Shown: in pieces, positions 10,028-20,994 of the stretch | Position numbering within the stretch: the first letter of the stretch is position 1 | Layout: the number at the start of each line of letters is the position of its first letter | DNA from: an uncultured Aliarcobacter sp. | GTDB lineage: Bacteria > Campylobacterota > Campylobacteria > Campylobacterales > Arcobacteraceae | Assembly (NCBI GenBank): GCA_963677435.1 | Contig: OY781945.1 | Span: forward strand, 96,001 to 160,000 | DNA: 64,000 bases | Direction of reading: 5' to 3' | Program-made: the position numbers and the translations under genes | Notes under the pieces: model-generated | Database searches by the model: none | Told to the model about the DNA's origin: nothing | The model's input: the letters and a program-made list of their open reading frames with translations, nothing else

Positions 10028-10588
10028 ATGGAAAATACAGCATTAATATTAATAGATTTACAAAACGATTATTTTGGAAGCTTTGAGGGTGCAAAGTGGC
10101 AACTACATGAAACTGAACTTGCTGCTGCAAATGCTTTGAAATTATTAAATAAATTTAGAGAAAAAAACATGAAAATAGTTCATGTAAGACATGAATTTAA
10201 TATGGAAAATGCACCATTTTTTGCTCCAAATTCAGAAGGTGCAAAAATTCACGATACATTAACACCAAAAGAGAATGAAGCACAAGTTTTAAAACATGAA
10301 GTAAATTCATTTAAAGGTACTAATTTAAAAGAAATTCTAGATGATTCTAATATTACAAATGTTATTATTGTAGGAGCTATGTCATTTATGTGTGTCGATT
10401 CAGTAACTAGAGCAGCCAGTGATTTTGGTTATACTTGCTTTGTTGCTCACGATGCTTGTGCTACAAAAGATTTGGAATTTAACGGTATTAAGATTCCAGC
10501 ACCTATGGCTCATGCTGCATTTATGGCAGGACTTGAATTTGCTTTTGCAAAAGTTCACACAACAAATGAGATTTTAGAATTATTATAA
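10028..10588 (+). CDS. isochorismatase-family cysteine hydrolase
   Basis: ALILIDLQNDYF, GAMSFMCVD, HDACAT. Confidence 0.9.
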   Translation: MENTALILIDLQNDYFGSFEGAKWQLHETELAAANALKLLNKFREKNMKIVHVRHEFNMENAPFFAPNSEGAKIHDTLTPKENEAQVLKHEVNSFKGTNLKEILDDSNITNVIIVGAMSFMCVDSVTRAASDFGYTCFVAHDACATKDLEFNGIKIPAPMAHAAFMAGLEFAFAKVHTTNEILELL

Positions 10589-10596
10589 GGCATTAA

Positions 10597-11280
10597 ATGG
10601 AATTAAGTGATTTATCTGTACTTTATATCATGGATAATCAAGACAAAGATGAGAATCTTTTTTCTCTTCTTTGTAACACTGTAAATAAAGTAACTTGTAC
10701 TTCAACAATCATTGAATCAAAACAACAATACATGAAACAATCCCCTTGTTTAATCATAATTGATAGTGATTTTAAAAGTAGAGAAATTATTGATTTTTTA
10801 ATTGAAATTAGATGTGATGATATAAAAACTGCCTTTATAGTTTTATCAAATAACAAAGATAATCAATACCTAACTGAACTACTTGAACTTTACATCACAA
10901 AATATATCATAAAACCTTTTGATGATACTATTTTAATTGAGGCTTTAAACAAATGTATGGAAATCATAGAAAGAAGAATATATAGCAATTTCAAACTTGC
11001 AAATGGAATCTTTTTCAACTTCCAAACTCAAAGTATTATAAAAAATGATGAATCATATATCTTAAATAAAAAAGAGAGTTTATTAATAAACTTGCTTATT
11101 CAAAATCAAGGAAGAGTAATTACTTACGAAGAAATTGAATATCACATTTGGAATAATGAATGCACCCAAGCTGCTTTAAAATCCCTAATAAGAGATTTAA
11201 GAAAAAAGACTTTTAAAAATATTATAAAAAACTACTCAGGAATAGGATACAAACTAGAACTTAAAAATATTCATCATTAA
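10597..11280 (+). CDS. OmpR-family response regulator
   Basis: Receiver domain (IIID, YIIKPF) and winged helix (LIRDLRKK...GIGYKL). Confidence 0.85.
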   Translation: MELSDLSVLYIMDNQDKDENLFSLLCNTVNKVTCTSTIIESKQQYMKQSPCLIIIDSDFKSREIIDFLIEIRCDDIKTAFIVLSNNKDNQYLTELLELYITKYIIKPFDDTILIEALNKCMEIIERRIYSNFKLANGIFFNFQTQSIIKNDESYILNKKESLLINLLIQNQGRVITYEEIEYHIWNNECTQAALKSLIRDLRKKTFKNIIKNYSGIGYKLELKNIHH

Positions 11281-11386
11281 CTTTTCTAAACTTTTTCTTA
11301 CCACCCATTCATAAAACTTTTGATACAATCAGTTCTTATTAAAAAACAAAATTTAAACAAATTTTATAAACAAAAAGGAAATTACA

Positions 11387-11902
11387 ATGCCATTATTAGA
11401 TAGCTTTAAAGTTGACCACACTATTATGCCAGCACCTGCTGTTAGAGTTGCAAAAACTATGAAATCACCTTCAGGAGATATTATCACTGTTTTTGATTTA
11501 AGATTTTGTGTACCAAATGAATCAATGATGAGTGAAAAAGGTATCCACACTTTAGAACACCTTTTTGCTGGATTCATTAGAAATCACCTAAACTCTGACA
11601 AAGTAGAAATCATTGATGTTTCACCAATGGGTTGTAGAACTGGTTTTTATATGAGTTTACTTGGAAATCCAGATGAAAAAACTGTTGGAGCTGCATGGAG
11701 AGCTGCTATGGAAGATGTACTTGCTGTTGAAAAACAAGAAGATATTCCAGAACTAAATATTTACCAATGTGGAACTTGCGCTATGCATTCACTTGAAGAA
11801 GCAAAAGATATTGCTAGAGATATTTTAAAATCTGACATTGGTGTTATGTCAAATGAAGAGTTATACCTTTCAGATGAAAAACTAAACTCTTTAGGAAACT
11901 AA
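11387..11902 (+). CDS. luxS: S-ribosylhomocysteine lyase
   Basis: [31 protein letters not shown]. Confidence 0.97.
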   Translation: MPLLDSFKVDHTIMPAPAVRVAKTMKSPSGDIITVFDLRFCVPNESMMSEKGIHTLEHLFAGFIRNHLNSDKVEIIDVSPMGCRTGFYMSLLGNPDEKTVGAAWRAAMEDVLAVEKQEDIPELNIYQCGTCAMHSLEEAKDIARDILKSDIGVMSNEELYLSDEKLNSLGN

Positions 11903-11905
11903 GAA

Positions 11906-12349
11906 GTGCCACAAAAACTAACACTTTTCAAAGAGTTATTTGCAGATTATACAAACATCGCTATTTTACATATTGATAACTCTTTAGGACTTGTTGATAC
12001 TGCTTTAGAAGAGATAAGAACTCAAAATGAGGGGAATATAAAATATATTCCTTTTGTTGATGAAAATAGCGCAAAACTTAGGGCAACTGCAAGGGAATAT
12101 GAATATGTAGTTTTAGGAAATATTTTTTCATATTGTGAAGATAAAACTAATATTTTAAAACTTATGTATAAAGCCATAGAAAACTCAGGAAATATCATCA
12201 TCCTAGAAAAAATCTCAAATAACAATAGATACGAACTTTTAGATTTACTTGAAAGTGTAGGTTTTCAAGCACCAAACTGTATTGAACTTTTTGATGATAC
12301 ATATATTTTCACAGCAAAAAAAATGCACCATTGGGATAATGGTTTATAA
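11906..12349 (+). CDS. hypothetical protein, partly methyltransferase-like
   Basis: 147-aa ORF; the AIENSGNIIILE segment resembles the C-terminal half of class I methyltransferases. Confidence 0.55.
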   Translation: MPQKLTLFKELFADYTNIAILHIDNSLGLVDTALEEIRTQNEGNIKYIPFVDENSAKLRATAREYEYVVLGNIFSYCEDKTNILKLMYKAIENSGNIIILEKISNNNRYELLDLLESVGFQAPNCIELFDDTYIFTAKKMHHWDNGL

Positions 12350-12374
12350 ATAGCAAAAATTAATTTTGCTATTT
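12348..12374. terminator. hairpin between convergent genes
   Basis: AAATAGCAAAA-attaa-TTTTGCTATTT. Confidence 0.55.
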
Positions 12375-13160
12375 TTGAATATTATTCTCAAGTTTTTTTG
12401 TGTAATAAGAAATAGGATAAGTAAGAAGTAAATATCCAATAGCAAGAGGAATATAACTCTCAAAAGTTGAATAAGTATAAGCATTTACTTCTTGGGCATT
12501 CATTGTAAATTCACTAATTGAAATAATTGAAAGCAAAGAAGAGTCTTTTATAATAGAAGCAAATTGTCCAGTAAGTGCTGGTAACATTCTTCTAAAAGCT
12601 TGTGGAAAAATTATATATCTATACATCTGATAGTTTGTCATTCCAAGACTCAAGCTTGTCTCATATTGAGTAATATCAATTGACTCTATTGCTCCTCTTA
12701 TTATCTCACAAACATAAGCTCCTGCAAACATGGCTAAAATAACAGTTCCAACTATATATCTATTTTCAAAACCTAAGTTATTTGCAAATACATAAAAGAA
12801 GATTAGAATTTGAACTAAAAGTGGTGTTCCTCTAATAATCTCAATATAAAATCTTGAAAAAAATCGAAGCATAAGAAGTTTTGAGTTTTGGGCATAAGTG
12901 AAAAAAAGACCTATTATAAAACTCAAAATTAGAGCAAAAAAAGATATTATAACCGTCATTATAAAACCATCAATAAATTTTTGTTTATAAGCATAAACAC
13001 TATCCCAGTTAAAAGTGTAAGATACATTTTTAAACATGAAATAAAATATCACAACCACAAAAATAATAAGAAGAACTAGGTTAAAAGAATAAATAATTGG
13101 ATTTAATTTTTTCTTCTTTTTAAATCCTAGTTCATGGATAAATAAGTCTTTTAGTTTAAT
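12369..13160 (-). CDS. polar amino acid ABC transporter permease
   Basis: RGTPLLVQ, AYVCEIIRG, IKDSSL. The frame is open upstream of the ORF-track GTG (13058); the probable start is ATT near 13160. Confidence 0.88.
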   Translation of the reverse strand: MKLKDLFIHELGFKKKKKLNPIIYSFNLVLLIIFVVVIFYFMFKNVSYTFNWDSVYAYKQKFIDGFIMTVIISFFALILSFIIGLFFTYAQNSKLLMLRFFSRFYIEIIRGTPLLVQILIFFYVFANNLGFENRYIVGTVILAMFAGAYVCEIIRGAIESIDITQYETSLSLGMTNYQMYRYIIFPQAFRRMLPALTGQFASIIKDSSLLSIISISEFTMNAQEVNAYTYSTFESYIPLAIGYLLLTYPISYYTKKLENNIQK

Positions 13161-13169
13161 AATAATTTC

Positions 13170-13976
13170 CTAAAAAAAGAATGGTATATTTAATTTATCA
13201 AATGTTTTTTTGGCATCACTTAAATACTTATCAGCAAGAGTAGTAAAAGTACCATCTGCTTTTGCTTTTTTAATAAACGCATCAACATCAGCTTTTAAAG
13301 GGTCATCTTTTTTAAGTGCAACTCCCCAATACTCAAAATCTTTTTGAAAAGATTGTAATAAAGGAATAGTCGTATCCATATGATTTGCATAGTTATTATA
13401 AATAGTTAATTGGTCATAAATAAAACCATCTGCTTTTCCTTGAACAACTTCTAAAACACAAGCTGATTCTTTATCAAAGGCTAAAATCTCAGCATTTTGT
13501 AAATGATCTTTTGCATAAATATGTCCAGTTGAACCTTTTTTAACTGCAACTTTTTTTCCTGCTACATTTAAATCATCAATTGATTTAATTCCAGAATCTT
13601 TGTTTGCTAAAATTGCTAAAGATGATTGAGCATAAGGAATAGAGAAATCAATTGATTTTTTTCTTTCATCTGTAATTGTCATAGAAGAGATAATTAAATC
13701 AATTTTTCCTGTTTTTAATGAAGGGATTAAACCATCCCAAGCGATATTTTCAATTACAACCTCACGACCAAGATATTTTCCTAATGCTTTTGCAAAATCA
13801 ACAGAAACACCAGATGGATTTCCATCTTTGTCACTCATTTCAAAAGGTGGGTAAGCTAATTCCATACCAACTTTTAAAACTTTTTTTTCAGTTTTTTGTT
13901 CTTTTTCATTATCTCCACAAGCAGCTAAAAATAAAGCAAGTATTGAAGATAGTAATATTAACACAAGTTTTTTCAT
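13170..13976 (-). CDS. polar amino acid ABC transporter substrate-binding lipoprotein
   Basis: Lipobox LAAC, YPPFE, WDGLIPSLKTGKIDLIISSMTITDER. Confidence 0.92.
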   Translation of the reverse strand: MKKLVLILLSSILALFLAACGDNEKEQKTEKKVLKVGMELAYPPFEMSDKDGNPSGVSVDFAKALGKYLGREVVIENIAWDGLIPSLKTGKIDLIISSMTITDERKKSIDFSIPYAQSSLAILANKDSGIKSIDDLNVAGKKVAVKKGSTGHIYAKDHLQNAEILAFDKESACVLEVVQGKADGFIYDQLTIYNNYANHMDTTIPLLQSFQKDFEYWGVALKKDDPLKADVDAFIKKAKADGTFTTLADKYLSDAKKTFDKLNIPFFF

Positions 13977-14147
13977 GCTATTTACCTTTTAAGTTTTCTT
14001 ATATTATGTCTTTAATAAACTTATTTTTTGGTTAGAGTTGCTCATTTTATGGGATTTAATAAGTGTTTTTTATGATATTATTTATACAAATAATGCTAAA
14101 ATCAAAAGAACTTCTTTACAATTTATTAATCACCTCAAGGAAAATTA

Positions 14148-14891
14148 TTGCAAACATTTATAAAAACAATTGATGGCTCAAATACACTATTCTCACAAAA
14201 ATATAATCAACACTATCACAATCCTGATGATGGAGCAATAAATGAAGCTTTGAGTAAACATATCATCCCAACTTTTGCATTTCAAAAAAATAAAAAAGAG
14301 CTCTTTATTTTAGATATTTGTTTTGGTATTGGATATAACACTTTTTCAACTATTTATTATACTTTGCAAAATAATCTTGATATAAAACTAAATATCTTTT
14401 CACCTGAACTTGATGGAGAGCTTGTGAAATCCCTTGAAAATTTTGAGTTTCCAAAAGAGTTTGAAAGTATTAATCACATCATAAAAGCAGTTGCCCAAAT
14501 AGGAAAATATGAAGATGAGAAAATCAAAATAGAGGTTTTTATAGGAGATGCAAGAGAATATATAAAATCTTTAGATAAAAACTCTTTTGACATAATCTAT
14601 CAAGATGCTTTTTCAAGTGAAGTGAATTTTGAACTTTGGACAAAAGAGTATTTTGATGATATTTACAAACTTTGTAAAAGTGATTGTATTATGAGTTCTT
14701 ACGCAATTGCAACTCCCATTCGATTGTCAATGAATGAAGCAGGATTTTATATTTATGAGCATCGGCCAGTTAAAAGAAAAATTACTTTAGCTTTTAAACA
14801 AAAACAAGAATTAATCGGGAAATTTGTGGATATGGAATTAAAAAAACAAAGGAACACGCAAGCTGTTGCTTTGCATGATAAAGTAGTTTAA
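14148..14891 (+). CDS. tRNA mnm5s2U34 methyltransferase (MnmC methyltransferase domain, MnmD-like)
   Basis: TIDGSNTL, YHN, LDICFGIGYN, IYQDAFS...ELWT. Confidence 0.8.
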   Translation: MQTFIKTIDGSNTLFSQKYNQHYHNPDDGAINEALSKHIIPTFAFQKNKKELFILDICFGIGYNTFSTIYYTLQNNLDIKLNIFSPELDGELVKSLENFEFPKEFESINHIIKAVAQIGKYEDEKIKIEVFIGDAREYIKSLDKNSFDIIYQDAFSSEVNFELWTKEYFDDIYKLCKSDCIMSSYAIATPIRLSMNEAGFYIYEHRPVKRKITLAFKQKQELIGKFVDMELKKQRNTQAVALHDKVV

Positions 14892-14919
14892 CATACTACT
14901 TTTCTCCTTTGCTACTTTT

Positions 14920-15414
14920 TTATTTTGAAAGATGATCTAAAATATACTTTTCTAAATCTCTTTTTGAAATCTCATCTTTTATAGATTGTTCAAAGATTTC
15001 ATCTATTTTTTGTGAATACTCTTCATAAGAAAAAAATGGAAAATGTAACTTCCAAGATCGAATAATTAATTCCCTTGTCATTGTATCTCTCATCTTATCT
15101 CTAAAAAAATTAAAACCAATAAAAATAGCTGCTGTTACAAACATTGAAGATATTATTGAGATATGAGGATTTAATCTCTCCATTTCTTTATGTGTTAATA
15201 ATGAAATAGGTATCAAAATAAGTAAAACAAATCCAATATAAACATTATAGGCATGAATAAGCTTTATTCTAAAGCCTAGTTTTGCTGGGTCTACTTGCAT
15301 TCCATCATTGTATTGTCTATTTGCAACTAATAAATCTTTCAATAAAATTGGTTGTTTAGAAGTTGTATAAATATACTCTAATATTCTATTTTTAATTGTT
15401 TTTTCCTTAGACAT
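14920..15414 (-). CDS. hypothetical membrane protein (2 TM)
   Basis: 164-aa ORF with two hydrophobic segments. Confidence 0.7.
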   Translation of the reverse strand: MSKEKTIKNRILEYIYTTSKQPILLKDLLVANRQYNDGMQVDPAKLGFRIKLIHAYNVYIGFVLLILIPISLLTHKEMERLNPHISIISSMFVTAAIFIGFNFFRDKMRDTMTRELIIRSWKLHFPFFSYEEYSQKIDEIFEQSIKDEISKRDLEKYILDHLSK

Positions 15415-15494
15415 GAATATTCCTAAATTTGATAATGCATATTTTATCTTACTTTGTTATAATGTTGTGTTAATTTATTTAAAAAAGGAGTATC

Positions 15495-18044
15495 TTGAAA
15501 AAATTAATATTCATTTTGATATTAAATACATTTTTACTCTCTTTTTTGAATGCTTCAAATTTACAAAAAACATCTGTGCAATTAATGTGGTTTGACCAAT
15601 TTGAATTTGCAGGATTCTACGCTGCCATTGAAAAAGGTTACTATCAAGATTTAGGCCTTGAAGTTGAACTTAAAAAATATACTGATTCTACCGATGTTAC
15701 AAAAGAGATTTTGGAAAAAAAAGCGGACTTTGGGATAAACTCAAGTTCTTTACTTCTTGATATTTCTCAAAACAAAGATATTATTTTACTTGGTTCTATT
15801 TTTCAATCTTCTCCTGTTATCTTATTATCTTTAAAAGATTCTGGAATCAACCATATTCAAGATATAAAAAATAAAACAATTATGATGACAAAAGAAGAAG
15901 AAAAATTTGCTACTTTACAATCAATGCTTATTAGTAAAGGATTATCTCTTAATGACTTGAACATAATCAATAATTCATTTGATATAAATGATTTAGTAAA
16001 TAAAAAAACAGATTTAATACTTGCCTATTCAACAAATGAACCTTTTTTATTAAAAGAAAGAGGTTATGAATATAATATATTTCAACCTAAAGATTATGGA
16101 TTTGATTTTTATGAAGATATTATTTTTACTACAAATGAATTTGCTTCAAAAAATCCAGAACTTGTACATAATTTTTATGCAGCAACTATAAAAGGCTATG
16201 AATATGCCTTTAATCATATTGACGAAATTGCTAAATTAGTTTATGAAAAATATAATCATTTTAATAAAAGTTTAGAAAGTCTAATTTTTGAAGCAAATGA
16301 AATGAAAAAATTAGTTTTTGATAAAGATGAAGAAATTGGAATAATTACCCAAGAAAAAATGAATTTAATTTTAAATACATATAAAGTAATGGGCTTACTG
16401 AAAAAAGACATTAGTAGTGAAGATTTTATTTATAACAAAGATTTAAATAGTAAATTTCTTTTGAATAAAAAGGAAAAGGATTACCTTTTAAATAAAAAAG
16501 CGATTACAATGTGTGTTGACCCTAATTGGATGCCATTTGAGAAAATCGAAAATAATAAACATATTGGAATTGCTGCTGATTATATACAATTAATAAAAGA
16601 GAAAATTGATACTCCAATTATTTTAATCCCTACAAAAACATGGACAGAATCCCTTGAATTAGGGCAAAAAAAAGTTTGTGATATTTTCTCACTTATTAGA
16701 ACAACCCCTCAAAGAGAAAAATATCTAAATTTCTCAGAGCCATATATTAGTGCTCCTTTGGTTATTGCTACTGATATGAATTCTGCTTTTATTGATAATA
16801 TTTTACAAATAAAAAATAAAAAGCTTGCAATAGTAAAAAACTATGCAGTGGGGGATATTTTAAGAGTTAAATATCCTGATATTAATTTTGTAGATGTTGA
16901 AAATATACAAGAAGGATTAAACTTTGTTCAAAGAGGAAAAGTATTTGGATTTATAGGAACTCTTCCAACAGTTGGATATAACATTCAAAACTATTACATA
17001 GGACAATTAAAAATCTCTGGTAAATTTGATGAAATGTGGAATTTAGGAATTGGCTCAAGAAATGATGAACCAATTTTAAATGATATTTTCAATAAAGCAA
17101 TTGAAGATATTTCAACAACTCAAAGACAAGAGATTTTAAATAAATGGGTTTCAGTAAATTATGAAAAAGAGTTTAGCTATTTTCATCTATATATTATTTT
17201 AGCTATTTTAATAGTTGTTGTTTTTGTTGGTATTTTATTTTATAGACACTATTTATTGAAAAAGTTGAATATAAAATTAAATGAAAGAATAAAAGAAGAG
17301 ATAAAAAATAATGAAGAAAAAAACAGAATTTTAATCCAACAATCAAGAATGGCTTCAATGGGAGAAATGTTAGAAAATATCGCCCACCAATGGAGACAAC
17401 CATTATCAACAATTAGTGTTGCGGCATCTGGAATGGAAATCAAAAAAGAGTTTAGTACTTTAAGTGATGAAGAGTTTTATGAAGCGATTAATCATATTAA
17501 AAAATCGACATCATATCTATCAAATACTATTGATGATTTCAGAAGTTTCTTTAGTAAAGAAAAGAAGCTAAAAGAGACAAATATAAATTTAACTATTGAA
17601 AAATCTTTGGAATTAATGGGTAATACTTTTGTAAAAAATAGAATAAATTTAATAAAAAATGTTGAAGATATAAAGTTCTTATCACTTGAAAACGAACTAA
17701 TTCAAGTTTTAATGAATATTTTTGTAAATGCAAAAGATGCACTAAGACACACAATTGGAGATGATAAATATATCATTATTGATATTTATAAAAAAGAAGA
17801 TAACTTAATTATTCAAGTAAAAGATAGCGGTGGTGGAATAAAAGAGGATATTATTGATAAAATTTTTGAGCCGTATTTCACAACTAAACATAAATATAAA
17901 GGTACAGGAATTGGTCTTTATATGAGTAAACTTTTGGTTGAAAAACATTTAAAAGGTTCAATAAATGCTAAAAATGTTGAGTTTCCCTTTATGGATAAAA
18001 TCCATAAAGGAGCACTTTTTGAAGTAGTTTTACCTATTTCATAG
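15495..18044 (+). CDS. sensor histidine kinase with NMT1/THI5-like and SBP_bac_3-like periplasmic domains
   Basis: [20 protein letters not shown], a TM segment, H-box IAHQWRQPL, and N/G boxes (DSGGGI, GTGIGLY). Confidence 0.9.
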   Translation: MKKLIFILILNTFLLSFLNASNLQKTSVQLMWFDQFEFAGFYAAIEKGYYQDLGLEVELKKYTDSTDVTKEILEKKADFGINSSSLLLDISQNKDIILLGSIFQSSPVILLSLKDSGINHIQDIKNKTIMMTKEEEKFATLQSMLISKGLSLNDLNIINNSFDINDLVNKKTDLILAYSTNEPFLLKERGYEYNIFQPKDYGFDFYEDIIFTTNEFASKNPELVHNFYAATIKGYEYAFNHIDEIAKLVYEKYNHFNKSLESLIFEANEMKKLVFDKDEEIGIITQEKMNLILNTYKVMGLLKKDISSEDFIYNKDLNSKFLLNKKEKDYLLNKKAITMCVDPNWMPFEKIENNKHIGIAADYIQLIKEKIDTPIILIPTKTWTESLELGQKKVCDIFSLIRTTPQREKYLNFSEPYISAPLVIATDMNSAFIDNILQIKNKKLAIVKNYAVGDILRVKYPDINFVDVENIQEGLNFVQRGKVFGFIGTLPTVGYNIQNYYIGQLKISGKFDEMWNLGIGSRNDEPILNDIFNKAIEDISTTQRQEILNKWVSVNYEKEFSYFHLYIILAILIVVVFVGILFYRHYLLKKLNIKLNERIKEEIKNNEEKNRILIQQSRMASMGEMLENIAHQWRQPLSTISVAASGMEIKKEFSTLSDEEFYEAINHIKKSTSYLSNTIDDFRSFFSKEKKLKETNINLTIEKSLELMGNTFVKNRINLIKNVEDIKFLSLENELIQVLMNIFVNAKDALRHTIGDDKYIIIDIYKKEDNLIIQVKDSGGGIKEDIIDKIFEPYFTTKHKYKGTGIGLYMSKLLVEKHLKGSINAKNVEFPFMDKIHKGALFEVVLPIS

Positions 18045-19170
18045 TCATTTTCAAAATTTGTGCAACTTTTTCTAAAGTTACTGTTCCATTTTCTCCAATT
18101 TCTGTCATTCCATGTTTTTTAAGAGCACCAGTAATATTTTCAATCACCTTGTCATCAATATCATAATCATTCAGGTTTGTTGAAACTCCTATGCTGTTGT
18201 ACATATATTCTAATGATTCAATAACTATCTCTTTATTATGTTGAATATCAAAAACTTCTTTACCCATTAAATCTAATTTTTCTTTTTTCTCTTCAAGCAT
18301 AACTCTAATTAGTTGTGGTTGTACAACTGCTAAACTTCTTGCATGGTCAAGTCCATAAAAAGCAGTAATTTCATGCCCAATCATATGTGTCGCCCAATCT
18401 TGTGGAACTCCTGAACCTATAAATCCATTTAAAGCTTGGTTTGCTAATAACATTAAATTCTCTTGCCATACTAGCTCTTTTCTATTTTTCCAATCAACTG
18501 CAAGTGCTTTTAAACCTTTTAAAATTGTTAGTGCATAGCCATCATGTAAAAGAGAATTATTTGGACATGTTAAAAACTGCTCACAGGTATGTACAAAAGC
18601 ATCAACTAAACCATTTGCCAATTGTCTATCGTCTAAAGTACTCATAACACTTGGATCTAAAACTGCAAATTTTGGATATACAAGTGGTGAAGCAAAATAT
18701 CTTTTTTCATTTGTGATATGATTCGAAATAACAGCTGTTGGATTTGATTCACTTCCCGTTGCTGGAAGAGTTAAAATTGCGCCTAAAGGTAAAGCTTTTT
18801 CAACTTGTTTTGTTCCATCTAAAAAATCCCAACCATCACCATCATAAAATGCAGCTGCTACTAAATATTTACTACCATCAATTACAGAGCCTCCACCAAC
18901 TGCTAAAACAAAATCTATTTTTTCATCTTTAATAATTTTTACAGCTTTATTCAAAGTTTCAATAGATGGATTTGGTTCAATTCCACTAAACTCAAACCAA
19001 GTATATCCATCAAGTGCAGTTTTAACTTGATCATAAACTCCATTTTTTTTAATACTTCCACCACCATAAACAACTAAAACTTTTAATTTTTTATCAATAT
19101 AGTTAACTATTGACTTAATTTTGCCACTTCCAAACTCAATTGCTGTTGGATTAAAATATGTATACTTCAT
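18034..19170 (-). CDS. iron-containing alcohol dehydrogenase (YqhD-like)
   Basis: YGGGS, AVGGGSVIDG, TLPATGSE, DWATHMIGHE. Confidence 0.92.
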   Translation of the reverse strand: MKYTYFNPTAIEFGSGKIKSIVNYIDKKLKVLVVYGGGSIKKNGVYDQVKTALDGYTWFEFSGIEPNPSIETLNKAVKIIKDEKIDFVLAVGGGSVIDGSKYLVAAAFYDGDGWDFLDGTKQVEKALPLGAILTLPATGSESNPTAVISNHITNEKRYFASPLVYPKFAVLDPSVMSTLDDRQLANGLVDAFVHTCEQFLTCPNNSLLHDGYALTILKGLKALAVDWKNRKELVWQENLMLLANQALNGFIGSGVPQDWATHMIGHEITAFYGLDHARSLAVVQPQLIRVMLEEKKEKLDLMGKEVFDIQHNKEIVIESLEYMYNSIGVSTNLNDYDIDDKVIENITGALKKHGMTEIGENGTVTLEKVAQILKMTMK

Positions 19171-19234
19171 GATAAGCCTTTATAATAATTTTGAAGCTTA
19201 ATTATAGGATAATTAACATTGCTAAAGGATTACA

Positions 19235-19834
19235 ATGCTTAGAATTTGGTTATTTACTTATTTTGCTATTTTTGTTTGGTCTGCTTTAAATCCAAAAGAT
19301 TTATTTACTTGGTTTTTAGAAGTATTTCCAGCAATTATTGCTCTGATTATTTTGGTTTTTACTTACAATAAATTTAGATTTACGCCTTTGGTTTATACAC
19401 TTATTTTAATTCATTGCATTATTTTAATGATTGGTGGTCACTATACTTATGCCCAAGTTCCTATTTTTGATTTTATAAAAGATTTTTTTAATCAAGATAG
19501 AAACAACTATGATAAATTGGGACATTTTGCACAAGGATTTGTTCCAGCCATGATTGCAAGAGAGATTATTATAAGAAAAAATATCATTTCTTCTGAATCT
19601 TGGAGAAATTTCTTCATAGTTTGTTTTTGTTTAGCTTTTTCAGCATTTTATGAACTTATAGAGTGGTGGGTTGCTATCTCTTCAAATGAAGCAGCAAATG
19701 ATTTTTTAGGAACACAAGGATATATCTGGGATACACAAAGTGATATGTTTTTTGCTTTAATTGGTTCTATTTTAGCTCTAATTTTATTAGGAAATTATCA
19801 TACTAAACAATTACTTAACATAAAAAAGATATAA
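19235..19834 (+). CDS. DUF2238 (YjdF-like) membrane protein
   Basis: GGHYTYAQVP, RNNYDKLGHF, FLGTQGYIWDTQSDM. Confidence 0.85.
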   Translation: MLRIWLFTYFAIFVWSALNPKDLFTWFLEVFPAIIALIILVFTYNKFRFTPLVYTLILIHCIILMIGGHYTYAQVPIFDFIKDFFNQDRNNYDKLGHFAQGFVPAMIAREIIIRKNIISSESWRNFFIVCFCLAFSAFYELIEWWVAISSNEAANDFLGTQGYIWDTQSDMFFALIGSILALILLGNYHTKQLLNIKKI

Positions 19835-19862
19835 CCCTCGCGATTATATAAAAGGAATTATC

Positions 19863-20303
19863 ATGACTTGTTGTGAAAACAAATTAGAATCTATTTTAAA
19901 TGAAGATATTGGAAAATTAATTTTAAGATTTTCAATTGCTGGACTTATGCTATTTCATGGCTTTGCTAAATTAGTACATGGGATAGATGGAATAAAATTT
20001 TTAGTTACAGATGCGGGACTCCCTGAGTTTATCGCTTATGGTGTTTATGTTGGAGAAATTGTTTTGCCAATATTAATCATTTTAGGTTTATTTACTAGAA
20101 TTTCATCACTATTTTTTGTAATAAATATGGTTTTTGCAATATATTTAGCTCATAGTAGTGAAATATTTACTATTGGAAAAACAGGTGGTTTAACTATTGA
20201 ATTAGCATTACTTTATCTATTAGGTGCAGTTTCAATTATGTTTATTGGTGCAGGGAAACATAGCTTTGATGCTAAGTGTAAAAAATGCGAGATTAAAAAC
20301 TAA
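19863..20303 (+). CDS. DoxX-family membrane protein
   Basis: LILR...HGFAKL, GLFTR, GAGKHSFD. Confidence 0.85.
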   Translation: MTCCENKLESILNEDIGKLILRFSIAGLMLFHGFAKLVHGIDGIKFLVTDAGLPEFIAYGVYVGEIVLPILIILGLFTRISSLFFVINMVFAIYLAHSSEIFTIGKTGGLTIELALLYLLGAVSIMFIGAGKHSFDAKCKKCEIKN

Positions 20304-20342
20304 TTTAGAAAATGGGAATATCCCTTTTTCTAAACTATACGA

Positions 20343-20942
20343 TTATTGTAATAAATTTGATAAAAGCATAAAAACAGCTGATAAAATAAGAATTGAACCC
20401 ATAATTACATTAAAAATTTTTAGTTTATTATGTGTATTTAAAAACTTCGTAAAATATAATCCTAAATATCCCCAAAAAGACAATGATAAATAACAAACAA
20501 TAAAATATATAAAGACAAATATCAAAAGTTTTTCATTGCCACTAAACATTGAAACACCAGATAATGAAGCAATCCAAGCTTTTGGATTTAACCATTGAAG
20601 TAAAAATCCTTCGTAAAACCTTAGATTTCTTTTATTTTCATCTTTTATTTCTAAAGAAGAATCAGAACTTGCAATTTTATATCCCATATACACAATAAAT
20701 GAAAAGCCAAAAAATTCCAAATAAGATAAAAAAGATGGATAGATATTTAAAATTTCTGACAACCCAAAACCTATAGAAATCAACAAAAATGTAAAACCAA
20801 TAGTAGCTCCTGAAATAAAAGCAAAGGTATTTTTAAAACCATTATTTATACTTGAAGTTACTATCATCATATTCACAGGTCCAGGAGAAATTGACATTAC
20901 TAAAGAAAAAAGAAGCATCGATAAAAATATTGTTAAACTCAT
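20343..20942 (-). CDS. LysE/RhtB-family exporter
   Basis: SISPGPVN, GFLLQWLNPKAW. Confidence 0.9.
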   Translation of the reverse strand: MSLTIFLSMLLFSLVMSISPGPVNMMIVTSSINNGFKNTFAFISGATIGFTFLLISIGFGLSEILNIYPSFLSYLEFFGFSFIVYMGYKIASSDSSLEIKDENKRNLRFYEGFLLQWLNPKAWIASLSGVSMFSGNEKLLIFVFIYFIVCYLSLSFWGYLGLYFTKFLNTHNKLKIFNVIMGSILILSAVFMLLSNLLQ

Positions 20943-20994
20943 ATATTTTCCTAAAATTAAATTTAAAAAAAGTATATAAGTTTTTTAAATTTAA

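Noticed and set aside
15495..18044. Orphan kinase with a THI5-like sensor as a novel system
   Set aside because: To my knowledge this architecture is common in Arcobacter-like genomes, and no partner or special context is visible here.
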